A stretch of DNA of 64,000 nucleotides from an uncultured Dehalococcoidia bacterium. Its GTDB lineage: Bacteria; Chloroflexota; Dehalococcoidia; Lucifugimonadales; Lucifugimonadaceae. The position numbers and the translations under genes were made by a program. Location of the stretch: the NCBI GenBank assembly GCA_913052475.1, contig CAJXEJ010000007.1:911-64910 (forward strand), written 5' to 3'. This document shows, one piece after another, positions 1 through 9,656 of the stretch. Below the pieces are notes generated by a model, which had not been told where the DNA came from, searched no databases, and saw only the letters and a list, made by a program, of their open reading frames with translations. Each line of letters starts with the position of its first letter. Position 1 is the stretch's first letter.

Positions 1-280
1 GTCAGAGATCATCACCGCCGTAGGTAAAGGTACCGAGGGCTTACGGCCAGTAATTGAGGATGACGATCCAAACCGCCAAGGACCGACTGCAGTCTTCTAC
101 TTCGATGAAGGCTGGGACGGCCCCTCATCGAAGGAAATACAAGACAACCTGGCATCCGGAAACCCGTCCATACAAGTCGGTGTTGGAAGCTACGGGGATG
201 AGTTATACGTGAGTCCCGTTGCGCTCGAACCCGATGAGGCAGAAATCGTGGCCGAAGCACTTCGATCAGCATTTGGTTAA
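1..280 (+). CDS. 3' end of a probable SelA-like/DgaE-family PLP-dependent enzyme (partial)
   Basis: Frame 2 is open from the window edge to TAA at 278-280: ...SKEIQDNLASGNPSIQV...ELYVSPVALEPDEAEIVAEALRSAFG*. This resembles the C-terminus of SelA-like PLP enzymes. Only about 92 aa are visible. Confidence 0.55.
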   Translation, partial: SEIITAVGKGTEGLRPVIEDDDPNRQGPTAVFYFDEGWDGPSSKEIQDNLASGNPSIQVGVGSYGDELYVSPVALEPDEAEIVAEALRSAFG

Positions 281-364
281 CCACTAACTTTGTGCCGTTT
301 GAAAAAGCCATGTGATCTCAAACGAACACCGCCAATTTGTACAAACCCAAATTAAGGATTACGA

Positions 365-1291
365 ATGAAAGTCGATAGAAACTACCGTTGCAAAGTGGTC
401 AAACCAGACGATTTCGATGAATTCTGGGACGGCGTTCTTAGGGATGTGAACGCGATAGATCTTGATTCCACTATGGAGAAAGACGATCTGCGATCGAACG
501 ACGAAGTCGACGTTTATCAGGTTTATTACAACAGCCTAGACCACGTAAGAATCTCGGCCTGGTATTCGGTACCCAAAGGGGCAACCGGAAATTTGCCGGC
601 GATGATTCAGCTACCCGGCTATCAAAGTGATCCTCCGATCGCCAGAGAGTGGGCTGCGAAAGGATACGCGTGCATTTCAGTTAACCCTCGTGGCAAGGTC
701 AGAAGCCGAACGCAGTTCGATCCTGGCTACCCCGGCCTGCTCACCTACGGAATCGTAGATAAGAATTCGTACTCCTACCGTGGGTTTTACGTTGACGCAT
801 GGCGCGCCGTTGATTTCTTGCTAGGACGGCCAGAAGTCGATGGGGCAAATATTGGTGCAGTCGGAGGTAGTCAAGGCGGTGGACTCGCGATCACAATCTC
901 GGCAATGCGCAAAGAGGTTAAGGCTGTGTCGATAAGCGCACCATATCTATGCGGATACATGGACGCAATTGAATTGACTCACGCATATCCGTTCCATGAG
1001 ATCAACGACTATCTGCACACATACCCGGAGCGTCGCGAGGACATTGAGAACACCGTTGCGTATTTTGACGGTATTTCTTTTGCCGACAAGATCGAATGTG
1101 CTGTCATCCTGAACGTCGGACTCCAAGACAACGTAGTACCGCCCGAAACTGGCTATGCCGTATTCGACGTGATCGCCAGTAGCAACAAGAAGTTATACAA
1201 ATATGACGGCCACGGTCACGATGCTGGTAAGTACGTGCACGGCGCGATTATCGATAAGTTTTTTGAAGCCGAACTGAAGGGTGGGAAGTAA
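365..1291 (+). CDS. Acetylxylan esterase / cephalosporin-C deacetylase (CE7, AXE1 family)
   Basis: N-terminal PDDFDEFW, GGSQGG nucleophile elbow, Asp in QDNVVPP, His in GHGHD. Confidence 0.9.
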   Translation: MKVDRNYRCKVVKPDDFDEFWDGVLRDVNAIDLDSTMEKDDLRSNDEVDVYQVYYNSLDHVRISAWYSVPKGATGNLPAMIQLPGYQSDPPIAREWAAKGYACISVNPRGKVRSRTQFDPGYPGLLTYGIVDKNSYSYRGFYVDAWRAVDFLLGRPEVDGANIGAVGGSQGGGLAITISAMRKEVKAVSISAPYLCGYMDAIELTHAYPFHEINDYLHTYPERREDIENTVAYFDGISFADKIECAVILNVGLQDNVVPPETGYAVFDVIASSNKKLYKYDGHGHDAGKYVHGAIIDKFFEAELKGGK

Positions 1292-2216
1292 AGATATGAC
1301 TGTAATTAAACCCGCTGAGTTCGATAGCTTTTGGGATGATGTCGACAACGATCTTGCCAGTATTTCGATCGCTCCCGAAGTTGAGTACGTCCAATTGCGT
1401 TCAACCGACGATGCCGATCTCTATGGGGTGCGCATTACCAGCATCGGACCATACCGACTATTTGCATATCTGAGCATTCCAAGGGGCGAAGGACCATTCC
1501 CGGCGATCTACTACGTGCCGAAGAACGGAAGCGTTCATGAGGTAATCCCGCAGGGCACTGCGATCGGCATTCGCAGTCGTTACGTGACATTCTCGATTGC
1601 TGGGCGCGGAATGAGAGGCTCAGACAAGCCATACACGGCCATGTATCCGGGACAACTCACTGATGGTTTGGAAAGTGCCGATACGTATGTGTATCGAGGG
1701 ATCATAGCCGACGCAATTCGAGGTTTGGAATACCTGATGACACGCCCAGAAGTCGATTCAACAAGAATAGTCACATGGGGTAACGACATCGCTGTTATGG
1801 TGGCGGCACGTAGAAGTGAAATCACACATGTCGTATCGACCCCGGCCTACCTGTTTGACACGGTTGAGCACGCTCTGAAAACGTCGTCGTATCCGCTTGC
1901 GGAGTACAGCGATTACCTTCGTCTGTACCCCGACAGAAAAAATGAAGTTATATCGATATTGTCAATGTACAACTTGCGTTGGCATGCGCAAGCGGTCAGA
2001 GCGGAAACTCTGTTGAGAGCAGATCACTCAAACGGTATATACAGCCCGGAAGTGCTTGCTGGTTTAGAGAACGGTATCGCCGGAGACGTAACAGTCCACG
2101 AATCGGAAAGATCGAGCTTCAAAGACGGTCTTTTCGCAGAGAAGTGGATCACCGAAAAGTTTTTCGGTCCGGATGTCAAAGCGATCGTTCCTGAACACTG
2201 GCGGAGCACACTTTAA
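1281..2216 (+). CDS. AXE1/CE7 family paralog lacking catalytic residues (start may be ATG 1296)
   Basis: Colinear with the upstream esterase (PAEFDSFW, YVYRGIIADAIR), but TWGNDIA replaces GGSQGG and no catalytic His is evident. Confidence 0.8.
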   Translation: MGSKDMTVIKPAEFDSFWDDVDNDLASISIAPEVEYVQLRSTDDADLYGVRITSIGPYRLFAYLSIPRGEGPFPAIYYVPKNGSVHEVIPQGTAIGIRSRYVTFSIAGRGMRGSDKPYTAMYPGQLTDGLESADTYVYRGIIADAIRGLEYLMTRPEVDSTRIVTWGNDIAVMVAARRSEITHVVSTPAYLFDTVEHALKTSSYPLAEYSDYLRLYPDRKNEVISILSMYNLRWHAQAVRAETLLRADHSNGIYSPEVLAGLENGIAGDVTVHESERSSFKDGLFAEKWITEKFFGPDVKAIVPEHWRSTL

Positions 2217-2680
2217 CGGTCGATTTGTAGCGTTATACCAAAACCAATACAGGCGGACATCTTGTGCCAGCCAGGGAGTGAAATCGGTATCGTCTCGAGA
2301 CCAAACCTCTCTGAGACTGCCGGAAACAATCGTCCTAATTTATTGTTCATGGTTACCTGATGTTGGGTCGAGTTATCAAAGGACATCTTCCTACTCGTAT
2401 CCGACTAAAACCGAAGAATCGTTTGTGATTGAGAGAATACATTGACTTCAGGTGAAATGGTCACAATCGTCTGGTTGCATATTTGGCAGTAGATTTGACA
2501 TCAACATGAGTGGTCAGACGTGGTGTCTAACGAACAAGTTTCAGTCTTTAGTTTGTGATTTAGAGATGCAGACAAATACCAACGAACACAAGCATCATGC
2601 GACTTAAGAAATTCAAAATGACACTGTGTGGGAGGTCGACACTTCCTTGGCAATCAAGATTTCGCGCGAACTGCGATATC

Positions 2681-3709
2681 CTAATCCACAAATTTATCGG
2701 CGTGGGCGAAAAGTTGAGGGAGGCCGCCAGAGTGGATGAAAACGATCGTTACTTCAGGGTCGATGCGACCGGCGCGTAGTTCGCCGATAAGTCCCGCCAT
2801 CGCCTTGCCGGTGTAGTTGGGATCGAGAATGAGCCCTTCTGCCTTACCAACCATTTGGATGGCTTCGATCACCCGGTCATCGAGGACGCCGTATGCGGGA
2901 CCTCGGTAGTCTTCGAGGATCTGTAGATCGTCTGATTCCAGCGAGTGTTCTAGATCGAACATCTCGACAACCTGGGAAGCACGATCTGCCGTTGCTTTTT
3001 GAAAATCTTCGACCTTGCCGGATGAGTACTGGCAGGCGGTAGTTTGCCAGTTGAGATAGCGGTTCTTGGCGTACAAGCGCAGCCCTGCAATCGATCGACC
3101 TTTGAGTCCCCAGAACCGTACCGGTCCTTCGACGCCGGCATCGGCAAACTGCTGTTCGAGTTCGAGCCCGGCTTCGAGAAATCCGATCATTCCCATTACG
3201 TCGGCGAATGGATCGTTGGGCAGGATGTAAGGTTTTCGGCCAGCTTCTTCTTCTTCGGCGAAGATCTTTTCGGCTACCTGTCGGCCATATTCCGCTGGCG
3301 TGCGATGAATGTTGGCTCCCATGAGTTTGCATAAAAGCAAATTACCGGTCATAGGGGCGTTCACCATATCGGTTGAAACGATGTGGTATTTCAGCCCGGC
3401 CTTGGCACAGCCTGCAGCGATAAAGCGTGCCTGATTCGAGTGATAGTGGTTGATGTTGATGACGGTGTTAAAACCACCTTCAAGTACGTGGGCGATCTCA
3501 AACTCGAAGTGTCGACCCTTGTTGCCACCAAACGCCAAACCCGTTGTATCGTCGCGTTTCACAAGCATTCGGTTCGGCACCGGAACACCCTCATCGATCA
3601 GCGACTGGCGAAGTCGATCGAGCGGTTCCAGTGGTGTATTTAGGTGCGAAAGTTTGAATCTTGGAAGGTTTTCCAGACCCACGCGGAACTGTTCTTGTGA
3701 GATCGTCAC
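2681..3709 (-). CDS. D-cysteine desulfhydrase / ACC deaminase family PLP enzyme
   Basis: KRDD...FGGNK PLP-lysine motif, EGLILDPNYTGK, HSGG. Confidence 0.85.
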   Translation of the reverse strand: MTISQEQFRVGLENLPRFKLSHLNTPLEPLDRLRQSLIDEGVPVPNRMLVKRDDTTGLAFGGNKGRHFEFEIAHVLEGGFNTVININHYHSNQARFIAAGCAKAGLKYHIVSTDMVNAPMTGNLLLCKLMGANIHRTPAEYGRQVAEKIFAEEEEAGRKPYILPNDPFADVMGMIGFLEAGLELEQQFADAGVEGPVRFWGLKGRSIAGLRLYAKNRYLNWQTTACQYSSGKVEDFQKATADRASQVVEMFDLEHSLESDDLQILEDYRGPAYGVLDDRVIEAIQMVGKAEGLILDPNYTGKAMAGLIGELRAGRIDPEVTIVFIHSGGLPQLFAHADKFVD

Positions 3710-3722
3710 GAAATTGCCTCGT

Positions 3723-4943
3723 TTATGAAGCCTGAGTCGGCAGCCAGCCCCAGGGTCGGGGGCCGTAATCGAGTGGTTGTGGAAAGCCGTTGCGAACTGC
3801 CATCACGGGCTTTACCGCCTGTGAACCGGTAGCAGTCGCACCTGATGCCTCTTGGAAGAGGAAGTCACCTTCAACAAGATCGAGAATCGAAATATCGGCG
3901 GCAATCCCGACGCTGAGCGAACCAATTATATCTGACATGCCGAGAATTTCGGCAGGTCTTGACGTGGTCATCCGCACAGCATCTTCGAATGAAATGCCGA
4001 GGCTCATCACCTTGCCCATGCACTCTGTCAGCGAAAAGACCGGACCCGTGTGTCGACTCATCGCGGTGATGTCGGAGCTGATCGTGTCGGGCACGAAACC
4101 CTGATCGAGAACAGCTTGTGCGGCAGCAAACGAGAAATTGCCTCCACCGACTCCAATATCGAAGTAGACACCGGCGTCACGTGCATCCTGTGCCTGCGAA
4201 ATCAGCGATCCATTAGCTAGCAGCGCACCGACCGCTCCACTAAGTGTGTGGGTAACGACGTCGCCTGCGGTCAGAATGTCGATGAGAAGCGTAGGTGTAA
4301 GATCGGCAGCAACCGGATCCTGCCCGGCGATATCGCCGACGTGAACCATCATGAATCCACCGGCTTCGTCGACGATCGCTTTTGCTGCCCTTGGCATGTC
4401 GAGTCCCAGCGCGGTAATTCCGGGAGTGACCATTCGAGCTTTCACGCCCTTGATTACATTGGGTGCGGACTGAATCGCCTGAACCGAAGAGGCGTGATCG
4501 ATATCGTCGGTGGTTTTGACCTCTGGGAGATTGGCAACCCCCATTTTGCCGATATTAAGCAATGCCATGAGCCGAGTGGTTGAGTGAGGTGCAAGGAAGT
4601 TAATTAGTGCACCGGCGTTTAGCGCCCCGACCGAACCCGCATCTAGAATGGTCGTTACTCCAGCACTCACACCGGCAACGTCTGGGCTCACCATAAACTC
4701 ATCGTTTGAAGGCTTGCGAATCCCGTCAACCGCGTGGGTATGGAGGTCGATCAGTCCGGGAGTGACGACGAATCCGCTGGCATCGATAACCCGTTTCGTA
4801 GTTGAAGTGTCGATACCTGCTACAACGGCTGAGATTTTCCCGTTGGAGACTGCGACATCGAGCTTTGCGTCGATTGAGTTAGCGGGATCGATTACTCGAC
4901 TGCCAGAAATAACGAGATCGTAGGAAGTAGATTCAGTTGGCAT
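3723..4943 (-). CDS. Amidohydrolase/deacetylase of the dihydroorotase-like family
   Basis: PGLIDLHTH metal motif, GVTTILDAGS, GVKAR, MVH, VTH, TISSD. Confidence 0.85.
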   Translation of the reverse strand: MPTESTSYDLVISGSRVIDPANSIDAKLDVAVSNGKISAVVAGIDTSTTKRVIDASGFVVTPGLIDLHTHAVDGIRKPSNDEFMVSPDVAGVSAGVTTILDAGSVGALNAGALINFLAPHSTTRLMALLNIGKMGVANLPEVKTTDDIDHASSVQAIQSAPNVIKGVKARMVTPGITALGLDMPRAAKAIVDEAGGFMMVHVGDIAGQDPVAADLTPTLLIDILTAGDVVTHTLSGAVGALLANGSLISQAQDARDAGVYFDIGVGGGNFSFAAAQAVLDQGFVPDTISSDITAMSRHTGPVFSLTECMGKVMSLGISFEDAVRMTTSRPAEILGMSDIIGSLSVGIAADISILDLVEGDFLFQEASGATATGSQAVKPVMAVRNGFPQPLDYGPRPWGWLPTQAS

Positions 4944-4975
4944 ATTTTCGGATTTGTGAGCTAGATCATTTTGAT

Positions 4976-5002
4976 TGTCATCCTGAATACATATTCAGGA
5001 TC
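4976..5002. repeat. Palindromic repeat, GTCATCCTGA family
   Basis: TGTCATCCTGAATACATATTCAGGATC. Related copies occur at 5063, 6834 (reverse) and 61150. Confidence 0.6.
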
Positions 5003-5062
5003 AAACACAGAATTCCGTGAATGAACGATTTAGCCAGTGATTGTGAGGGAGCAAACGCCCGT

Positions 5063-5115
5063 TGTCATCCTGAACACATGTACACAATAGACCCGTTCAG
5101 ATTCGTTCTGAACGG
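5063..5115. repeat. Partial GTCATCCTGA repeat followed by a 9-bp hairpin
   Basis: TGTCATCCTGAAC at 5063; CCGTTCAGA-TTCGT-TCTGAACGG at 5093-5115. Confidence 0.5.
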
Positions 5116-5240
5116 TATGTTGCGCAATCGATAATGGTTACTAGAAAGTTCGAACCTCTCTTGCTGGAGCCTGCAGAGCGAAAGGCAAATCCTTTTCCGA
5201 GCGGTTTGAATTGAGTTGATGCGAACTGCTCTCAATGGCG

Positions 5241-5420
5241 TCAATATCTCAGAGTCACGCCACCCTGTTCAGTTGTTTCGATCACTTCGTGCAGGAATGT
5301 GACGACAGTTCCTGCGGTCGCTTCGGCATCTTCTTCAGTCGTGCAAACAGAAAGCAAGATCAAGACGAGAATCGCTAGCCCGGTGATAAACGTTGGCAGA
5401 ATTTTCTAATCGAGTGACAT
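5241..5420 (-). pseudogene. Remnant of a lipoprotein-like gene
   Basis: MSLD*KILPTFITGLAILVLILLSVCTTEEDAEATAG...: hydrophobic signal and lipobox-like Cys interrupted by a TAG at codon 5. Confidence 0.35.
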
Positions 5421-5599
5421 CGAACACCCACCAACGTCGAAAATGCCAACGTACCTATCCTTACGTGAAACGCAGCTTATACGTGACATCGTGAGGGGTG
5501 CATGAATTCGGTGGATGGCTCAGTAGTACACGGCTATTCAGAGACGATTGAGTCAGGGTTATGAGAATGACAGGAGTCCGTCGTGAAAACGATTGGCGA

Positions 5600-6769
5600 T
5601 CAATATTCTCGCAGGCTGCCATCGAGATTGATTAGTGCGGGGCGGTCGTAGGGAACGGGGGGGTAGTGCTTGAAGGCTTCTTCGTTTAGTTCGATTCCGA
5701 TGCCGGGTTTGGCAGGAACCTCGATGTAGCCGCCTACTCGTTTCAGTGGTTCTTGAACGAGTTCGGCCTTGATACCTGAGTCATCGTCGTACGGGTATTC
5801 CTGAACGGGGATGTTGTGAGTTGCGGCATCGATCTGAACACAGGCCGCAGTCAGCACGCAGCTAAGCGGGTTATGCGGAACGACTCCAACGTACGTCGAT
5901 TCGGCGATGGCAGCAATCTTCTTTACGTTGGTTATGCCGCCGGCAAGCGATAGATCAGGACGGACGAACGCTGCGCCTTGGTGATTTAAGAGTTCGCGGA
6001 ACTGGTAGATAGTGTAGAGACGCTCTCCCATCGCCAACGGAATCGGCTGCTGTTGTGCGACCCATCCCCACTGGTCCATATTTTCTGGTTCGATCGGGTC
6101 TTCGTAAAAGTAAAGATTGAACGGCTCAAGTGCCCTGCCCAGTCCGATCGCTTCGGCTGGTGTCAACCGATTTACGACGTCGATCATCAGGTCGACATCT
6201 GGTCCTGCAGCTTCCCGAACTGCAGCCACCCGCTCGACTGCGTTGTTTTGCATGCCCGTAAAGCTCATCGTTTCGAGCCCTATCCCTTCCTCAAAATTGG
6301 AGTTGCCGAAATTGCCGAACGGGTAGATGCGCAGTGCCGTGAAACCTTCTTCGACCCGCGCTGCCGCTTCTTCGGCAAGAGTTTCGGGCGTATTACCGCC
6401 AAGGTGGGTGTAGAGGCGAACTTTCTCTCGTGTCGGCCCGCCCAGTAGTTCGTAAACGGGCTTGTTGAGTGACTTGCCCTTGATATCCCACAGAGCGATA
6501 TCGATTGCACCAATCGCCGCCATCATGTCCGATCCGCCCCGGAATAGCTGGCGACGGAACATGTGCTGCCAGTGCCGCTCGGTGTGCAAGGGATCCTTGC
6601 CTACGAGATATTCGGCGCAGTACTCGACCGCTGCCCGCGGCACGAACGGTGTGCCGCCGGTTCCCGATGCCGGATGGAGCTCACCGACACCCGTTATGCC
6701 TTCGTCGGTTTCAACCTTCACGTAGTTGAATCGTGCGACGGGGAGAGTTGTTACTGCTGTGACTTTCAT
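5600..6769 (-). CDS. Mandelate racemase/enolase superfamily dehydratase (DgoD-like)
   Basis: VETDEGITGVGE, IDIALWDIKGK, metal ligands in MID/YEDP/MGE, VPHNP. Confidence 0.9.
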   Translation of the reverse strand: MKVTAVTTLPVARFNYVKVETDEGITGVGELHPASGTGGTPFVPRAAVEYCAEYLVGKDPLHTERHWQHMFRRQLFRGGSDMMAAIGAIDIALWDIKGKSLNKPVYELLGGPTREKVRLYTHLGGNTPETLAEEAAARVEEGFTALRIYPFGNFGNSNFEEGIGLETMSFTGMQNNAVERVAAVREAAGPDVDLMIDVVNRLTPAEAIGLGRALEPFNLYFYEDPIEPENMDQWGWVAQQQPIPLAMGERLYTIYQFRELLNHQGAAFVRPDLSLAGGITNVKKIAAIAESTYVGVVPHNPLSCVLTAACVQIDAATHNIPVQEYPYDDDSGIKAELVQEPLKRVGGYIEVPAKPGIGIELNEEAFKHYPPVPYDRPALINLDGSLREY

Positions 6770-6833
6770 GATTTTCTATCCTGGCGCAGCCGCCTGACCT
6801 GCGGTGGCAACCCGGCCGTGCATCCGTACATGG

Positions 6834-6863
6834 GATCAACCTGACGGTTGCGTCAGGATGACA
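6834..6863. repeat. GTCATCCTGA-family palindromic repeat (reverse orientation)
   Basis: Reverse complement reads TGTCATCCTGACGCAACCGTCAGGTTGATC. Confidence 0.5.
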
Positions 6864-7069
6864 CTTACAGACGTTACGGTTGAATACTGGTTGGCGCATT
6901 GAACACCCGCATGGGAGAAACAGCAATAGGGTGGTCGAGTTGTTGATAGCACCCGAACGCACCTTCACGGGTATAAACTCAGCGGGCATTTTTCGCAGAT
7001 GCGGTCGGTTCTTCTAGTCCTGCTGCGTTTTCTCTCTATTCGTTAACTGGATACAAGGAACAAACTCTC

Positions 7070-8242
7070 ATGGCAGGACCTCTGCGCGTCGGATTGATCG
7101 GCGTCGGCCAACGTGGACTTCAGCACGTTAATGCGCTGACAAACATGCAGTCGGACGAGATCGTCCAGATAACTGCGCTAGCAGATCCCTACCCTGAGAA
7201 CCTCAAAGAGTCGAAGATTTCGAGCCATGTCGACGGCTACTCACCCGCAGGTATTCAGATGTTCGACAGTGCCGACGGAATGATCGAGTCAGGCCTCGTC
7301 GACGCCATCTGGTTCGTCATACCACCGAACCAGCACAAAGGTGAGATTGAACGAGCCGCAAAGCGCGAAATCGCCATCTTTGCCGAGAAACCACAATCGC
7401 TGTTCCTCGACGACATCATTTCTCAGGACGCTGCGATCACCAAGGCTGGTGTGCCGAGCACGGTCGGGTTTCAGATGCGACACGATCGCGGCTACACCGA
7501 TATCCACAACTACCTCAGCGACAAGTGGGTTGCTGCCATGACGATGATCGCCGAAGGTGCAGTCGAAGGTCACGGCGTAAAACACACCCACACTGAAGAG
7601 CAGGGTGGCCCCGCCAACCGTGTTTGGACAGCTAACCGGGCATGGTCGGGTACTTCAATTGTCGAAGCCGGAATCCACCAGACCGACATCATGCGCTACT
7701 GGTCGGGCGATGACGTTGACTGGGTGCGGGCGACCTACACTGACCGTCCTGCTGAGCTGCACGACACCGAGGGTGACAACCCGATTGCCTACACCGTCAC
7801 CTACGGGATGAAGAAGGGCGGCGTCGCCAACTTGATTTTCACGAAACCGGCACGGTCGTACTACGGTGGTCGATTCGACTGCATCATTCACACGCACGGC
7901 ACGATCAAGCTGGAAGACGACTTTGTTGATTACACATTTGATGGCGACTGGCCACCGGCGAACAATCCGACCATCGATCAGGTCAGAAAGGTCATTTCAG
8001 CAGGTCCGCACAATACAGCGATGGGCGGCGAGAGCACGCTGGCAATCGGCAAGTCGTTTGCGACTTCGATTGTTGAATGCAAGCCGGAGAATCGCTTGAA
8101 TTCGTTCAACTCGTCGATCAACTCGTTGGCTGCTGTACTTGCTGCGAATATTTCTAACGACCTCGGTGGCGAGAAGATCGTTATCGATGAGTTCATCAAC
8201 GACGACAAGTACGCTCAGTATCGGGTAAACCCGAACAGGTAG
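7070..8242 (+). CDS. Gfo/Idh/MocA family oxidoreductase
   Basis: RVGLIGVGQRG Rossmann motif, AEKP, GIHQTD; AAGGA RBS. Confidence 0.88.
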   Translation: MAGPLRVGLIGVGQRGLQHVNALTNMQSDEIVQITALADPYPENLKESKISSHVDGYSPAGIQMFDSADGMIESGLVDAIWFVIPPNQHKGEIERAAKREIAIFAEKPQSLFLDDIISQDAAITKAGVPSTVGFQMRHDRGYTDIHNYLSDKWVAAMTMIAEGAVEGHGVKHTHTEEQGGPANRVWTANRAWSGTSIVEAGIHQTDIMRYWSGDDVDWVRATYTDRPAELHDTEGDNPIAYTVTYGMKKGGVANLIFTKPARSYYGGRFDCIIHTHGTIKLEDDFVDYTFDGDWPPANNPTIDQVRKVISAGPHNTAMGGESTLAIGKSFATSIVECKPENRLNSFNSSINSLAAVLAANISNDLGGEKIVIDEFINDDKYAQYRVNPNR

Positions 8243-8269
8243 TCGATCAACTTCACGGAGAAGAAACAA

Positions 8270-9457
8270 TTGCCAGTATCAGGTGAGTGGTTCACGCCGA
8301 CCGGATTGAGTTTCAATTCGGTCGTGGCGCGACCTGATACGACGTGGGTGCATTTTTCGTTTAGCGATGACGATGGAATAGTTGGACAGGGCGAGATCAC
8401 CGATACACAAGTCGACCAATCGATCGCACCGATTGTTGCGAGATTGGCGGATCGACTGCGCGGTCAGAAACTTACGAGTGATTCAGATGTCATCACGCTG
8501 AATAACCTTACCGCCGAACAACTGGAAGAAGACGTTCCGCTGGCGACCGCTGTGAGTGGATTGCGTTGTGCAGTAGTTGATGCGCTGGCACAGCGAGCAC
8601 AATTGTCTTTAGTCGACTATTTGCGGGTTTCGTTCGGCCACGAAGGCAAGGCAGAACAAAAAGTCCGGCTCTATTCGAATATCAACAGGGCGCTCAAACC
8701 GGATTTCGATGGTTCGAACGACCGATCCCCTGACGGATTCGCCGAGATGGCAGAGCGGGCGATGGAAGCCGGATTTACGACTGCCAAGTGCGCTCCATTC
8801 GACGAATGCATGGCACCGTTCAATAATTCCGGATTACCACGTGAAGCCGAGATGGGCCTCGATCGTATTCGAGCTGCCAAAGCCGTTATTGGCCCAGATC
8901 GTACGTTGCTGGTTGACTGCCACTCGCGCTTCGATCTCGAATCTGCACTGGCGCTCGAACCCGAACTGCGAAAAGAGGGTGTCGGCTGGTTCGAAGAGCC
9001 GGTTGACCCGATTACGATGGCCGACGATCTTCGCATCATCCGTGACAAGGCCGAGATGACGATGGCCGGGGCCGAGATGGGCTACGGTGTCGCATTCTTC
9101 ACCAAGCTCATGGAAGAAGATGTTTTGGACGTCGTGATGCCTGACGTGAAGTTCTGCGGAGGGCCGGTCGAGGCGTATCTGATAGGTCGAGAGCTTGAGG
9201 CGCGCTGGGAGGGCTCGGTTTCCATGCATTGCCCATCGGGTCCGCTTTCACTACTGGCTTCGGCGCACGCAACGGCTGCGTTTGGAAACAAAATCCCACT
9301 CGAACATGCCGTTTACGAGGCAGAATGGCGTCACGAGGTGCTGGAGCCTTTCGAGACCATCAAAGATGGATATTTGGAGCTGACGGATGGATATGGGCTC
9401 GGAGGCCGTGTCGATCCGGTGACTGTTGCGATGCGAGGCCGTGCCTGGACTGAGTAG
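8270..9457 (+). CDS. Mandelate racemase/enolase superfamily protein
   Basis: GFTTAKCAPFD, LVDCHSRF, WFEEP, PDVKFCGG, SMHCPSGP. Confidence 0.85.
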   Translation: MPVSGEWFTPTGLSFNSVVARPDTTWVHFSFSDDDGIVGQGEITDTQVDQSIAPIVARLADRLRGQKLTSDSDVITLNNLTAEQLEEDVPLATAVSGLRCAVVDALAQRAQLSLVDYLRVSFGHEGKAEQKVRLYSNINRALKPDFDGSNDRSPDGFAEMAERAMEAGFTTAKCAPFDECMAPFNNSGLPREAEMGLDRIRAAKAVIGPDRTLLVDCHSRFDLESALALEPELRKEGVGWFEEPVDPITMADDLRIIRDKAEMTMAGAEMGYGVAFFTKLMEEDVLDVVMPDVKFCGGPVEAYLIGRELEARWEGSVSMHCPSGPLSLLASAHATAAFGNKIPLEHAVYEAEWRHEVLEPFETIKDGYLELTDGYGLGGRVDPVTVAMRGRAWTE

Positions 9458-9590
9458 GCTCTGGAAAGGCTTATTGGGAAGGCTCAGCGGTTTCACCCCG
9501 CACATCGGACTTCCCGAGTGCCGTCGAGGGATCCGGTGGTATGGTGTGAGTTCGTTGTGATCGCCGGCAGCTCCTCCCTACGCCTTCATT

Positions 9591-9631
9591 CCCCCTCACC
9601 TACATCCTCTCCCTGAATGGAGAGGATGTAG
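9591..9631. repeat. CCCTCACC..CCTCTCC..GGAGAGG palindromic repeat (possible terminator)
   Basis: 13-bp perfect stem CTACATCCTCTCC/GGAGAGGATGTAG. Similar elements lie at 55301-55401 and 61818-61839. Confidence 0.6.
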
Positions 9632-9656
9632 TTCGCCTAAGATCGATCGGCGGGGG

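Noticed and set aside
1..280. Partial ORF as true selenocysteine synthase SelA supporting the selenoprotein call
   Set aside because: Only the C-terminus is visible and the catabolic context fits SelA-like/DgaE enzymes, so it is not evidence for Sec machinery.
2217..2680. 464-bp gap between convergent genes as ncRNA or mobile element
   Set aside because: No terminal repeats, convincing structure or coding signal found.
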